From a bacterium (GTDB lineage Bacteria > UBA8248), in assembly GCA_965200245.1 (NCBI GenBank), contig CBDATS010000005.1, positions 352,001-416,000 on the forward strand: a DNA stretch of 64,000 bases. The letters are read 5' to 3'. Of the stretch, positions 40,849-52,059 are shown piece by piece. Every line of letters begins with the position of its first letter. Positions within the stretch are counted from its first letter, which is position 1. Position numbers and translations under genes: made by a program. The notes below the pieces were generated by a model. It searched no databases. It was given only the letters and a program-made list of their open reading frames with translations, and was not told where the DNA came from.

Positions 40849-41124
40849 CTACCATACTTTTCTATGATATTCTGCAACGCGATCCATCATATCCCGATCA
40901 TCCGGATATCTCAGGTTTGTCGGCCCGAAAGGAAATCCCGCTTCATACAGGTCGTCCATATATTTATCCATCGCATCCAGATCCATATCGCCCTCAGAGA
41001 ATTTGATCTTTCTCCATGGTTTGTCAGGATGCAACTGTTTTATTCTCTCCCTTCGTTTTTCAGCATCCATATGCCTGTATTTTTCTTTCAATTCTTTTGT
41101 TCGTTGTCTATATGCCTCGTTCAT
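40849..41124 (-). CDS. Hypothetical charged protein
   Basis: 91-aa ORF with ATG start, AT-richer, no recognisable motif. Confidence 0.55.
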   Translation of the reverse strand: MNEAYRQRTKELKEKYRHMDAEKRRERIKQLHPDKPWRKIKFSEGDMDLDAMDKYMDDLYEAGFPFGPTNLRYPDDRDMMDRVAEYHRKVW

Positions 41125-41157
41125 ATCTTTCTCATGCCCCTCATGACTCGTTTTTTC

Positions 41158-41265
41158 TCAGGCCGCGACTGCATACGGAAGGTTCGGGCGTTTGCCGTTC
41201 AGGATTTCCTCAAGCGTCAATATCTGCATCCTGGGAAAGGGTTTTGTATCAAATAGCCCTTGCCT
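41158..41265 (-). pseudogene. C-terminal relic of a DNA methylase/Mrr-type fusion
   Basis: FPRMQILTLEEILNGKRPNLP resembles the YPRIQILTIEELLxGKxPxLP tail of such proteins. Confidence 0.45.
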
Positions 41266-41287
41266 GTCCAAATGACAAATCCCGGAT

Positions 41288-41953
41288 TTAATGACAGGAA
41301 ACTCCAAAAGTTTTCCATTTTTCAGCAAATTCTTTGAAGGCATCATTAAAGCTCTTTTTTTTTGAAACAAGAAAAAATGCACGAGGCGAAAGTTTCCCGG
41401 AACGAATCGCTCTTGGATCGCCAGATAAACCTTTTAGTTTCCCTTGCCATTTTCTTATCTGGCCTTCATGTTTCTCATTATAAGAAAAACTATGATAAAT
41501 CAGCAGGGAATGTTTCTTGGCAAGTTTCTTCACTTCCTCAATAGAGATATGTTCCTTGCTGGGTTTCTCATTCATTGTCATTCCTTTGTCGGGGTCAACG
41601 AAAACCAGATCGCATCCGTTCATTTGTTTGCAGGCATCATTGAACCATTTCTCGCGTTCGTTTCCTGCTTTGATCTCTTTCCCGTAAAAAGAGGCTTCGG
41701 GAAGTATTTTCTCTAGCCTTTCGATTCGACGACCCTTGCCTTTACAGACGACTTTGTGTTCGTGGATGATTTTCTTTAGTTCATCAAAAAGATCAGGATC
41801 ATGTTTTCTGTTTCCATCGTCACACAGACAACTTATATGTTTTCCGTCACCTTCCGATCTGCACCAGATAACACCGAGGCGGTTTGCATTAAGGTGCCTT
41901 ATTAATCCCAGCTTCACGTAATCGCCAACATCTCCGACATATTGGTCTTTCAC
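41288..41953 (-). CDS. Conserved hypothetical protein, predicted Rossmann methyltransferase-like fold
   Basis: MKDQYVGDVGDYVKLGLIR N-terminal signature and CDLVFVDPDKG motif. Confidence 0.6.
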   Translation of the reverse strand: MKDQYVGDVGDYVKLGLIRHLNANRLGVIWCRSEGDGKHISCLCDDGNRKHDPDLFDELKKIIHEHKVVCKGKGRRIERLEKILPEASFYGKEIKAGNEREKWFNDACKQMNGCDLVFVDPDKGMTMNEKPSKEHISIEEVKKLAKKHSLLIYHSFSYNEKHEGQIRKWQGKLKGLSGDPRAIRSGKLSPRAFFLVSKKKSFNDAFKEFAEKWKTFGVSCH

Positions 41954-42043
41954 ATCGCTTCTCCTCTGAATATGATGTCTTGGCCCATTTTAATGGGAAT
42001 GGGACGCTGCCGTGCACATCGCCCGGCAGAGAGATACCCGCCG

Positions 42044-43024
42044 TCATTCTGCCTGTCCACCCCTGCGCTCCCGGTGATGTGCCGCGAGCGTCGCGCACAT
42101 CGTGGCCAGGCGCTGGCGAAGATGTTCGGGTTCCTCGACCGTGACGTGTTCGCCCCAGGTGAACAGATGCCAGCACATCTCGTCGATGCCGCCTGCCCGG
42201 AAACGCACGCTCACCGAGCCGTCACCGTTGGGCTTCACGGACTGATCTGGATGGAAGAGAAACGCCGACGCGTCGCGCGTCGCTTCGGAGTCGAATCGCA
42301 GGACCACTTCAACAGGCTCTTCCTGGAAGGTGCCGAACGATCGCCTGGCATAGGCCGCCAGATCGAACTCCGGGTCCGGGGTGAAAGTCTCCCCGGTGAG
42401 CTGCGCCGCCCTCATGTTGGCGAGCCGCCACAGCCGGATGTCCCCGGCCCGGTCGGTTCGCCCCACCACGAACGCGCGGTTTCCGTAGAGCAGGCCATAG
42501 GGGTAGATGCGCCGCCGGCCCCACCGCCCCGTCGACTGGCCCAGATAGCTGACATCGACGGCATGGCAGGTCAGGATCGCCTCGCGCAGCTGCGCCAGCA
42601 GTCCCCCGTCGAGGTTCGGCCGGGGACCGGCGCGCATGGCCAGCCCCTCGGCCTGCAGGAGCGTTTCGATATCCGGTTCCCTCCGCGCGTCGGTGCGGAG
42701 TTTCCCGAGCAATTCCCGCAGCGTGGACGCCCGCTCCCCGGAGCCGTCGCGGTCGAGACGCTCCACCGCGAGCGCGAGTTCCGCCATTTCCCCCGCGGAG
42801 CAGGAAACGAAGGGCAGGCGTTTCGGCAGTCGCCAGTAGTGTCTGCTGTCATCCCTCTCGACGGTGCCCAGTTCCCCGAATATCTCCGAAACCGCGTCGC
42901 GCATGCGCTCGGCCGTCCTGCGACTGACGGAGAATTCGTCCTAGATCTCGCCAAGGCTCATCCCGCCGAGGGACTGGAGACGGATCGCCAGGCGCAGGAT
43001 GTCCTTTGCGGGTTCGTATCTCAC
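42044..43024 (-). pseudogene. HTH-WYL-WCX transcriptional regulator with in-frame TAG at 42941
   Basis: VRYEPAKDILRL..MSLGEI*DEFSVSRRTAERMRDAV (HTH), RRIYPYGLLYGNRAFVV, WRLANM, FDLAAYARRSFG, FLFHPDQ, WHLFTWG. Confidence 0.85.
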
Positions 43025-43109
43025 CTGTCGTTCTTTCCGTTGGTCGTGTCCGGATACCGCGCAGGTTCGCACGACGCGCCGCATCCTGCAACCTCGACCC
43101 GGTTGCTCC

Positions 43110-45208
43110 CTAGAAGCCAATTGCACATCCTCCGCCCGGCTTAGACCTGCATTCCTCGAACAGCATGTCGGCCAAGGCCTCCGGATCGTCGAGCCGACCT
43201 AGGATGCCAGCCTTGCTGCGCACCACCGCGAAGTCGCCGGGCGTCAGGGTGGCGAGGCGTGCGAGCCGTGCCGGAGGCGTCAGTGCGAAGTAGCGGCGGA
43301 AGGCCCCTTCCACCTGCCCGGGCAGGAGATAGCCAAGCGTGATCTTGAAGGTGAAGCGCCGAAGCGACGCCGCATCGAGGTGCGCGCCGAAGTTGGTGGT
43401 GCAGGCGAAAGGAAACGGGTGGTTTTCCATCCATGTCAGCATCTCGTTGACCTGTCTCACCTCCCAGTTCCTGTGGGCGGAGCCCCGGTCGGCGAGCAGC
43501 GAGTCCGCTTCGTCGAAGACGAGGAAGGCACCGGCATCGCGGGCTTCTTCGAATGCGTCGGCGATTTTGCGTTCCGTTTCCCCGACCCACATCGACATCA
43601 AGTCGGAGGAGCGTTTCTGCATCACCTCCAGCCCCATATCCTCTGCCAGGTAGCGCACATACGCGCTTTTCCCCGTTCCCGGCGGTCCCTGGAGACACAG
43701 GGAAAAGCGGCGCCCGCCGCTTCGCCTGAGACGCCCGGCGAGCATCCCCGGGTCGATGTCGGCGCGGATCAGTGCGGGATCGAACAGGGGAGGCGCCCCC
43801 TGGGGCGGCCTTTGGCGGGACAGGGCCCTGGCCAGACTGTACGCGCCGTGGCGGACCGCCTCCACGTTGCCGCCGCAGAGTTGTGCGGCGACAACAACAC
43901 CGTTCATCACACCGGGGTGCACGTCGAATTCCCTGGCCAGCGACGATGCTTCATCGGCCCCCGCCTCGATGCCGCGGCGCGAGAGCAGGCGCTCCCAGAT
44001 CCGGGTCCTGACCGCCGTTGTCGGCGGTCGCAACTCGAGGACGACCGACATGCGGCGCAAAACGGCTTCGGGGGCCGCCCAGATGTCGTTCATGGTCCAC
44101 AGCGTGGGGGTCGGCGACTCCTCCAGCAGCCGGTGAATGAACACCTTCGAGCCGCCCTTCCCTTCGCACGAGGAGAAGTGCTGGCCAAACAGGGAGAAAC
44201 CCCGGGAGTAGCCGGGAAGGAGATCCTCCATCTCGTCGAAGAGCAGAAGCGATCCTCCGTCTTTGGCGAGCAGGTGCTGGGTAAGCTTGAATTCACCAAG
44301 CCTGTCTTGCCGGGAGGGCTCGTCGCCATCCTCGTCCGCCTCGCCGACGCTGTAGAGGGTCGCCCCAAGCTGTCGCGCCAGCACCTTGCAGAACTCCGTC
44401 TTTCTGGTACCCGGCGGGCCGTACAGGAGAATATTCATGCCGGGAGCGTCTTTCCACAGACCCGCCCTCAGGACGTCCTCGACATGATCGCGGCTCTGGC
44501 CAAGATGCTCGAAATCCGACCATTCCAGTTCGCTTTCGGGTGCAGGGCTCACCAGGAGATGCTTTGTATCGACAGAATCGGAACTGGTGTCCAGCCGCTC
44601 CACCCGGCTGAGGATTCGCACATCGCCGTCGTCTTCGATGGAGATGAGGCGGCACGGACCAGCGGCGCGTTCGCAGCAAGGCGGGCGGCCGCGCTGCTGG
44701 CCGATATGCCGAGACAGATGGAGATGATCACCCGATTCTCGAAGTCGAGCGGACTGCTTCGCCTGCGCCTGTCGGTGATATCGTCAATCATCGATTCGAT
44801 GAACGGTTGCGTGTCGTAACGCAGCAGGAACTCCAGAATGTCGACATCCATCGGCGTGAGCCCTGTCATTCCTTCCAGATCCCGCAGCCGCTGCGCTGTC
44901 CGGTCGTATAATGCGTTCCCTGCCGTCAGGCTCTTCTCCCGCAGGGTCTGCCGGAAACCGCGCCACTGGCGGGCGGACATCTCTTCGGGGTCTGCGTGCT
45001 CTACGGTCATGCGGGGTTGCCGGCCCTTGCTGCACAGGAGATTGCGGATATCCTTCGTCAGGTTTTTTTCTATCCCGAGTTCCGTGCGATTCTTTCTCTC
45101 GTCCAGCCACTCGACCAGTTCGGATGCTTCCCCGTCATCGTGATGAAAGTGATTCGCGGCGTTTGCGAGGGAGAACAGAATCAGGTGTCTTTCATAATCG
45201 GTCAGCAC
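43110..45208 (-). pseudogene. Tandem-AAA ATPase, frameshift near 44650 and damaged first Walker A
   Basis: YGPPGTRKT and LLLFDEMED; QGPPGTGKS, LVFDEADS, VNEMLTWME, TTN, LRRF; ends AIGF; N-terminal ORF 44549-45208 joins if one G is added (LVRAGLISIEDDGDVRI). Confidence 0.85.
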
Positions 45209-46070
45209 GACTCCCTCCTGATGAAACCCCGAAAAGTCGGGGCGATACACGTTGCGTTGCAGGGAACCTACGGCACCCGTGCGTCAGATTCGGACGTATG
45301 GGCCAAGAAAATCACAAAAAAATCATCCTGATGTTTCTGACAGGATGGATTTGAAGGAGGTCACGGGATCGCCCGATTGGATTGTTCAGGAAAAATCCCG
45401 TGTCTTGAGGGATACGGTTGACCATGCAGACCGGGGTTCGCCTGCTCTTCACAAGACGCAAGAGACCATCGACAGGGGACGTTTCGGTTGGTCCGCAGTC
45501 CGAATCAGCGAATATATGGCAGTGCATCACCAGCGGGCCATGCGAGGCCGAGTGCAGGGTGGCCGGGTTGCATGGTCGCCTGAGGCATTGAATCGCAGGG
45601 ACTCCGGGTGCGCCGGGCGTTGCCGTCACGAAACGCCACTGCTGCATGAAGCACCCTCCTCGCGGCGTCCTGCCGTGTCCACGCTGTCCCTCTGCCGATT
45701 CAGAAGGCTCTGAAAGGGAAACCATCAGATGTCCGCAAGGGAAAAGGCACCGGAGGCGCGTGGCGATCATGGCCCCGGGGACTGGAATCGGGAATTTCCT
45801 GGCCCAGGGACCTGAATCCGTTCAGATACAACTCGAGTCGGGTGGCAAGTACGGGACGGGTTCATTTGCTCCGGACCCCGTTTCACCCCGACCCGTGGGA
45901 AGCGCCATGACACCTGGCTTCCAGTGCGAATCCTGCCCTGATGGATGAACGATCCCGGGCGATCTGATGAATCCCCGGGGCATCGCCGACTGGAACAGCC
46001 GGATAACAGGAGGGAAACCGATGCGTTCCTCGCGAAGAAAACTCCGGTGAAGTCCCGGGCGGCGCGAATG

Positions 46071-47853
46071 TCACTCGTGCCGCAGTTTCCCTTCCACAGC
46101 TTTCCTGCGAAATTCAACTGCCTTTCGGGCACGTTCATTGATCATCAGAATCAGTAGACTTCGGGCCCTCGACATTCCCACGTATAGCAGGGATTGCTGT
46201 CCCTCCCTCTCTACCCCGTCGATGTCCGTGACAATCACCACCTGGCTCTCAAGACCCTTGAACGCATGAACTGTTGAAAACTTCAAGGCATTCAACTGTC
46301 TTTTCATTCCCCCCGGTCTGTTCCTTTCCCTGTCGGAAATGTCCATGAGAGGAAAGCCCGCTATCCGTTCGATTCCCACCAGGCTCGAATTCTCCAGACG
46401 ATGTGGAGAAAGGAGTATGATGCTGTCAACGGATATCTTCTCCCTGCGCAGGTTCCCCAGGACACCTGTGAGGGATTCCACAAGGTCGGAAGGTTCTTTC
46501 CAGTATCTGTATTCCACTGGAAGTCCTGTTTCCTGGCCTGACCGGGAAGGCGGTTTTTCGAATCCCGCCAGAACTGCTGTTTCTTCCGAGATCCTTCGGG
46601 TGTTTCTGCAGTTATGCGTGAGCCTGGCCCTGACAAAATGCCCGCTGTATCGGGACAGAACCCCGGCCGGGTCGATGGCATTGCCGTAGAGAGCCTGTCG
46701 CGTGAAATCTCCAAACATTGTCCAGCGGCCACCGGCCAGGCAGTCATGTATGGCCAGGTCGAGAAAATCGAGGTAATTCCGGGCACAGAGATCCTGTGCC
46801 TCGTCCACTACCAGCAGATCGAATGGCGAACCCGCTGCTGCCTTCCTTTCCTCCAGAGCCATCTGTCCATGGAAAGGATAAAGCTCCCTGAACAGCCGGT
46901 CGGTGTCGCCATCTTTCAGGGCTTCACCACTCTCATTCCTGAAAGCGCCTGCTGCGCTGCCCGTCATGATGAATTGCTCGGCGATTTCGTGAAACGTTCC
47001 CGCAGTGATTTTCGTGTCCCTGGCCTGCTGGCGAAACCATTCACCCAGCAGACGGTTGAAACATACGAGGAGAACCCTTGCCCCCGAGCGTTCCGCCCGC
47101 TTCGCATGTTCCAAGGAAAGGAGGGTCTTGCCGGTTCCCGCGGCACCTTCAAAAAGGCACCGGGGGTTCATTTCGAGTTCGTCCAGCCTGTCATACTGTT
47201 CCTGCGTGAGACTCAGCAGCCTGGCCTCGGTGTTGCCAATCGACGCGCTGGTCGAGAGCACCATCTCGAAATTCGGTCGCAGGAAATCCTTGATCGATTT
47301 GACCTCGGACGGGGTCGGCAGGCGCTCGCCCCCGGCAGGCTGGAATTCACGCAGACGCCGGCGTGCCGTTCGCATGATGGATCGGGAAATGGATTCCAGG
47401 TCGCTGGTGTCAATAACGTTCGAACTCAGGCGCCAGCGGAGGGCAGTCCACGTCCGGGAAGACTACTGCACATCCGAACGGGCATCTCGACTCGGCCGCA
47501 TATTCTCCGAAACGCTTGATTACGAAACCCCGCAGAGCGTACATCCCGTCCCTAGCCTGCATGTACGGGCTTTTCCTGAGCTGAAAACTCCTTCCGTGTC
47601 GATCCATGGTTCGCCAGATGCCATCCTGACAGGATATACGCCCGCCCTTGACCTCGAGGCAGATGATACCCACTCCGGGGATGATCACGACAAAATCAAT
47701 TTCCCCATACGGCCCGGTCTTCCTCCGGGCCAGCCCCAGCGAGTGCAGCACTGTCCAGTCCTTCGTCTGCGGATCGTCCCTGAGCAGGTCGAAAATGCGC
47801 CGCTCGCTGCCGATACCTTCACTATCCATCCGAGGTGGGATCATCCTTGCCAT
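46071..47853 (-). pseudogene. NERD nuclease plus UvrD-like (SF1) helicase, frameshift near 47415
   Basis: MARMIP..SE..VLHSL..GEIDFV..CLEVKGG..SPYMQA (NERD); GAAGTGKT, VVDEAQD, GDFTRQ, NCRNT, STVHAFKGLE, LYVGMSRAR. Confidence 0.88.
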
Positions 47854-48725
47854 GAAATACTCCTGCTCCCGGAACGCCGTGTCGTCGGTCCATGGAAACC
47901 GGTTGACCAGGCCCGATGGATATTCCCGTCGTGTCGTTTCGACCATATGGGTTCCCTGTCTCCAGAGGCTTTGAACAACGCAGAATCTCCCCCAAAGAAG
48001 CTCATCGACAGTGACGCGCGTCATTCCAACCCCATTCGTGTTCACCTGATCAAATAGCCGGTTCCGTTCCGGTAGTCCAGCCCATTCGGTGAGCAGCGCG
48101 CAGCAGCCCCCGGAGAACTGGATCAGTCGCGCTTCACGACTGTCCACGGCCACGACCACAGGCAGTCTGATGCGACGCTGTGTTCCACGGTTCCCGATCT
48201 CGAAAACCGGCGAGTCCGCCCTGTTTTCATTGGATGAAGAATCCAGTTCATTGCGTTCCGGGAAGGCCGGAAAACGGGATTCGATTCCCGGAATCGAAGA
48301 GAATATCCCGGTTTCCATGATGTGGCATCCATCCGGTCTCAAGGCGACAGGCCGGAACGCGAATGCCCGGTACTGCTGCCTGGTTCTTCAGGCGGGTGAA
48401 TTTCTGCCCATTCGGCCACGCGGCAACAATGATGCCTGCGTAACCATTGTCAGGCCTGATCACATGAATTGGCATTGCCGGCGCATCGGCTCCCGGATTG
48501 CTGAATCCCGTTCCTGGCCAGTCGGCAGTTCGCCGTGGCCCTGCAGCCACAGTTTGTGGCCCGCGGTGTCTGTCGATGACAGTATGCAGGAGTCGTCGGC
48601 CTTTCCCTAGCTTTGTGACCCACAATTCTCAAGCCCGTGAGGGCACCTCCCGTTGCGGCGCCTCGCCGTGTGCTATATGCTGGTTTTTCATCCATCCGGA
48701 AACTCTGAAGCGGGGAAATCATCGG

Positions 48726-49115
48726 ATGCGAACCATCGGCTGTGTCCTCATCGCGATCCTGCTGGGCCTGGCGGCTGTTTCCGCTCATGGCGCGGACCTC
48801 GGAAAAGGAATCGAGGCATACAGACGCGGGGATTACGAGGCGGCGCTGCGACACTGGCGGCCGCTGGCGGGGCAAGGAAATGCTGCCGCCCAAGTCATGC
48901 TGGGGGTCATGTACTACAAAGTCGAGGGTGTGCCCGAGGATATTGTTCAGGCCTATCCATGGTCCAACCTCGCTGCAGCAGGAGGCAGGGAACAAGCAAA
49001 GAAGCTCAAGCGCCTTCTCTAGGCAAAGATGACCCCAGACGCAATCACCGAAGCCCAGAAGCTTTCCCGCCAGCTGCATGAGCGCATCGAAAAACGGCTG
49101 AAACGCAAAAAGTGA
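48726..49115 (+). pseudogene. Secreted Sel1-repeat protein with in-frame TAG at 49020
   Basis: Signal peptide, GIEAYRRGDYEAALRHWRPLAGQGNAAAQVMLGVMY..GVPEDIVQAY.W..LAAA; the frame continues past the stop as AKMTPDAITEAQKLS. Confidence 0.8.
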
Positions 49116-49237
49116 AAACCAACCAGAACCATACACCCGGCGCCCGCCGCAAGCATGGAGAAGCATTTCCTATCCGGCAGGTGTTATCCTCTCACACGTA
49201 AAAGTTTCCATAGAAATCACCGGTCATTTCCGACAGA

Positions 49238-50797
49238 TCAAAGAGTGCGTTCAACCCCTTTTCGTTCATTGAATACTCCTATCTTCGGTTCTATGGGCAC
49301 TATAACGTAATCCCTCGATTCAAAGGGATTCTCGTGGTTCGGTTTCCTGGGCCTCCGCATCGGCTTGGGCCGTCCGTTCTTGTAATATTCCTTCCGGAAG
49401 GCGTTGAAGTGGTCCGGTTCGTGGGCATCCTCCACCTCTTTCATGCGCATGTTGAGTTCCTGCGTCCTAGCCATGACATGGTCGGGAACCTGTTCGCCCG
49501 GTTCCAGGAAGTGGTTGTGCGGGTCATCCGGATCCCAGGACTTGGTTTCAAGTACCTTCCTGTAATATTCCTCGCTCCAGTCCGCCTTCCTGTACACGTC
49601 GAGTGCCTCGATCTGGCGTTGCATCCGCAGGGTGCTGGCCATCTCCGGCACGATGAGAACCGTGGCCTGGATGTATGTGTCGGTATATCCAATTCTCACT
49701 TGCCCGTTTTTCCTGTTGTTTTTCGACAGAAGTCCCTTCATGAGGAAGTCACGCGATTCCAAGCCCTTCTCGCCCTCGTAGATGTATGTGTCTTCTACGG
49801 ATTTCTGCATCTGAAACAGCAGGTTGACCCCCCCTCTTCTTCCAGTCATCGAAGTACTCTGCTTCCGGCCACGATTCGGGTACATAGAACGCCTGGTCAT
49901 CCTATATGTGGATCTTCACGGCAGTCTGCTCCTTCCCTGTCTCTCGAGTTCGCGGAGTCTGTCGTCTGCGGCCTTTCTGGCCCTTTCCCTGGCCGATCCC
50001 CTCTTCTTGGACTTTCTGCCCTTCCGGCCCCTTTCGGCGTCCGGGAACCCGAAATACAGGTTCCGGAGGATGGCCATGTTCTCGGCGAATTTTTTGGGAT
50101 TGTAGATTTACAGAGCGTTCCTGTCGAGGGTATCTATCTTCCTACCGACGTTCTCCATCGTGTCGTAGAGATACGCGCGTCCCTGATCGTCGACCGGCAG
50201 GTACAGGACGGTCTGCTGCTTGTATTTCACGCCCAGATCTATCAGATGCTTCAACAGGAATTTCCTTCTGCGGTCCTTGTCATCGATGATGAAACAACAA
50301 CGGTCGATTACAGGCACTTATATTGTTCCGATTACCTCGTTGTTTTCATCCCTTATTTCCCTTTTCTCCATGTATCTTCCTTCCATCTTGATGTAACTCA
50401 GCCCCTTGATTGAGTTTACATCTTTCTGGAGTCTTCTGAATGCGGCTCTCTTGACGTTGTTGTGTCTCTTGGAGTCGGTTCTTGCTATGTCGTCCTCTTC
50501 GTTTCCGCTTTCCATGTCTCTGTTGGTGGCGGAAACGATGCCGCAATCGTGTTTTTCCCATTTATCTATGACACTGTTGAGTTTCGCCTCTTCCAGGACT
50601 TCGCGATCGGGCCATCTCAGGACGGCCGTGTGCAATTCGCGCCTCGTGTCCGGTTCCATGTCCCTGTCCAGGATGAATTCCCTGAATATATCGCGTACTT
50701 TCCCTTCCGGATTCACACAGTCCGCGATAATACCGGATCTCGCGTCCAGCCTCTCGTACAGGCCGTGGATCAGGCTATAAAAGTCATCGTTCATCAT
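49238..50797 (-). pseudogene. Single 520-codon frame with three internal stops; phage-like hypothetical protein
   Basis: ORFs 50318-50845, 50108-50317 and 49238-49900 are all in one frame, separated only by TAA (50318), TAA (50108) and TGA (49916). Confidence 0.65.
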
Positions 50798-50837
50798 ATT
50801 CCTATTTAGCATTTTACCTCCCGTATGCCGGGATGTG

Positions 50838-51383
50838 TCACGCATAGCCTTCGGGCCATCCCTTTCCCTCGGCCCTGTCTTCCTCGATCATGGCCATGAA
50901 TTCGTCCTCGAAGGGGTCGAACCCGCCGCGCGAACAGAATTTCAGGTATCCCTTCCGGAACTCCCCGTCGGCCCACCAAGAAACGATGCGCCGTTCCATG
51001 ACGGAGAGTTTTTCGCCGCGATAGGTTTTCATGTCCACCGTCGCGATGCTGACTCCCTTCACTTCTTTCAGTATGACGAATGCTGCGCCATGCGGACACC
51101 TGCACCCCAGGATATCGTCGCGCGACGCATCCAGGTCGTTGAGCAGACACGCTTTCAGGTATTCGACGTATTTCTCGTCCATGGTCTCCTCGTCATCTGT
51201 ATTTAGGAACATTTCCTCCTGTCTGATTTTATATCCACACCATATCGATATAGTGGAAAAGACGACATAGCCTCCCGCAAGTAACATCCAGTCGTCTGTA
51301 GTTATAACTCCAATCAAGTAGATGACGGACAGGAAGATGGCCGACGCCAGCCAGGTCATGCTATAATGCCGGGGAAAGATCAT
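50838..51383 (-). CDS. Hypothetical protein with two N-terminal TM segments; C-terminal module paralogous to 51692-51922
   Basis: KTYRGEKL..RRI..W.D...F..F..I.E.DR.E...WPE.Y shared with the divergent ORF; may be fused small genes. Confidence 0.5.
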   Translation of the reverse strand: MIFPRHYSMTWLASAIFLSVIYLIGVITTDDWMLLAGGYVVFSTISIWCGYKIRQEEMFLNTDDEETMDEKYVEYLKACLLNDLDASRDDILGCRCPHGAAFVILKEVKGVSIATVDMKTYRGEKLSVMERRIVSWWADGEFRKGYLKFCSRGGFDPFEDEFMAMIEEDRAEGKGWPEGYA

Positions 51384-51561
51384 TTTACAGTTTCTTTTTA
51401 ATCTTTCTCACAGGAACCAGGGTACGTTGTCGGGTGGTCTGTAGCCTTTCCGTTCCAGTCTCGCGCGAATGGTGTTTCTTTCAAGTTCACATATTCAGCT
51501 GGACGTTTTTGGTCGTCTTTGTACGTGTAGATGAGGTTCTGTACTGTATCTAGGCGTTTGA

Positions 51562-51702
51562 ATACAGACAGTAACCGTTTTCTTTATCGTGAGAGGAAGG
51601 ACTATCTGGGTTCTTTCTACATTTGTGAAGAGAAGCCGACGCATACCACGGAGCGAAATAGAGAAAGCCAGGAGACGGAGGGATGAGATAGATGGCTCTT
51701 AG
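51562..51702 (+). pseudogene. C-terminal relic of a RelE/HigB (Gp49-like) toxin
   Basis: VFFIVRGRTIWVLSTFVKRSRRIPRSEIEKARRRR resembles the FxKKTxKTPxxEIxxAxxR tail of this family. Confidence 0.5.
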
Positions 51703-51922
51703 GATGTCGAAACAGAAAACCTATCGGGGCGAGAAGCTTGATGATTCGGACCGGCGCATCCTTGCCAACTGGCAGGACAAGAAAATCCGCGAAGAACTTA
51801 TCGAATGCTGTCTGGAAGGGTTCCCTCTCAAGGAATTCGAAAAAACATTTATGGGAATCCTTGAAAGGGACAGGCTCGAAGCCGAGAAGACGGGACGCGA
51901 CTGGCCCGAAGACTACCGGTAA
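51692..51922 (+). CDS. Small hypothetical protein
   Basis: MSKQKTYRGEKLDDSDRRILANWQD...DWPEDYR; paralog of the 50838 ORF C-terminus. Confidence 0.6.
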   Translation: MALRMSKQKTYRGEKLDDSDRRILANWQDKKIREELIECCLEGFPLKEFEKTFMGILERDRLEAEKTGRDWPEDYR

Positions 51923-52059
51923 TTATGGAAAGTCATAATTCCATAACGTATCGCGCGATGGAGAGAAATCCTGGTATACTGACGGTGGCGGCAAAGCCAG
52001 GAAACTAACCTCATGTAGTACCCCTCCAGTATCACCGGAAACACCCCCAAATTAAAGCC

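Noticed and set aside
45770-46075. Possible eroded helicase gene after the NERD-helicase (SDIRAARDF, FLREE, LPTGRGET)
   Set aside because: Fragments are too short and spread across three frames
48248-48500. Possible leucyl aminopeptidase N-terminal relic (PAMPIHVIRPD)
   Set aside because: Single weak motif with no catalytic region
31337-49022. TAG reassignment (alternative genetic code) suggested by in-frame TAGs in the LLM, WYL and Sel1 genes
   Set aside because: TAG is the normal stop of several intact genes here (ends at 1111, 4179, 7993, 26087, 28477, 37117), and TAA and TGA interruptions also occur
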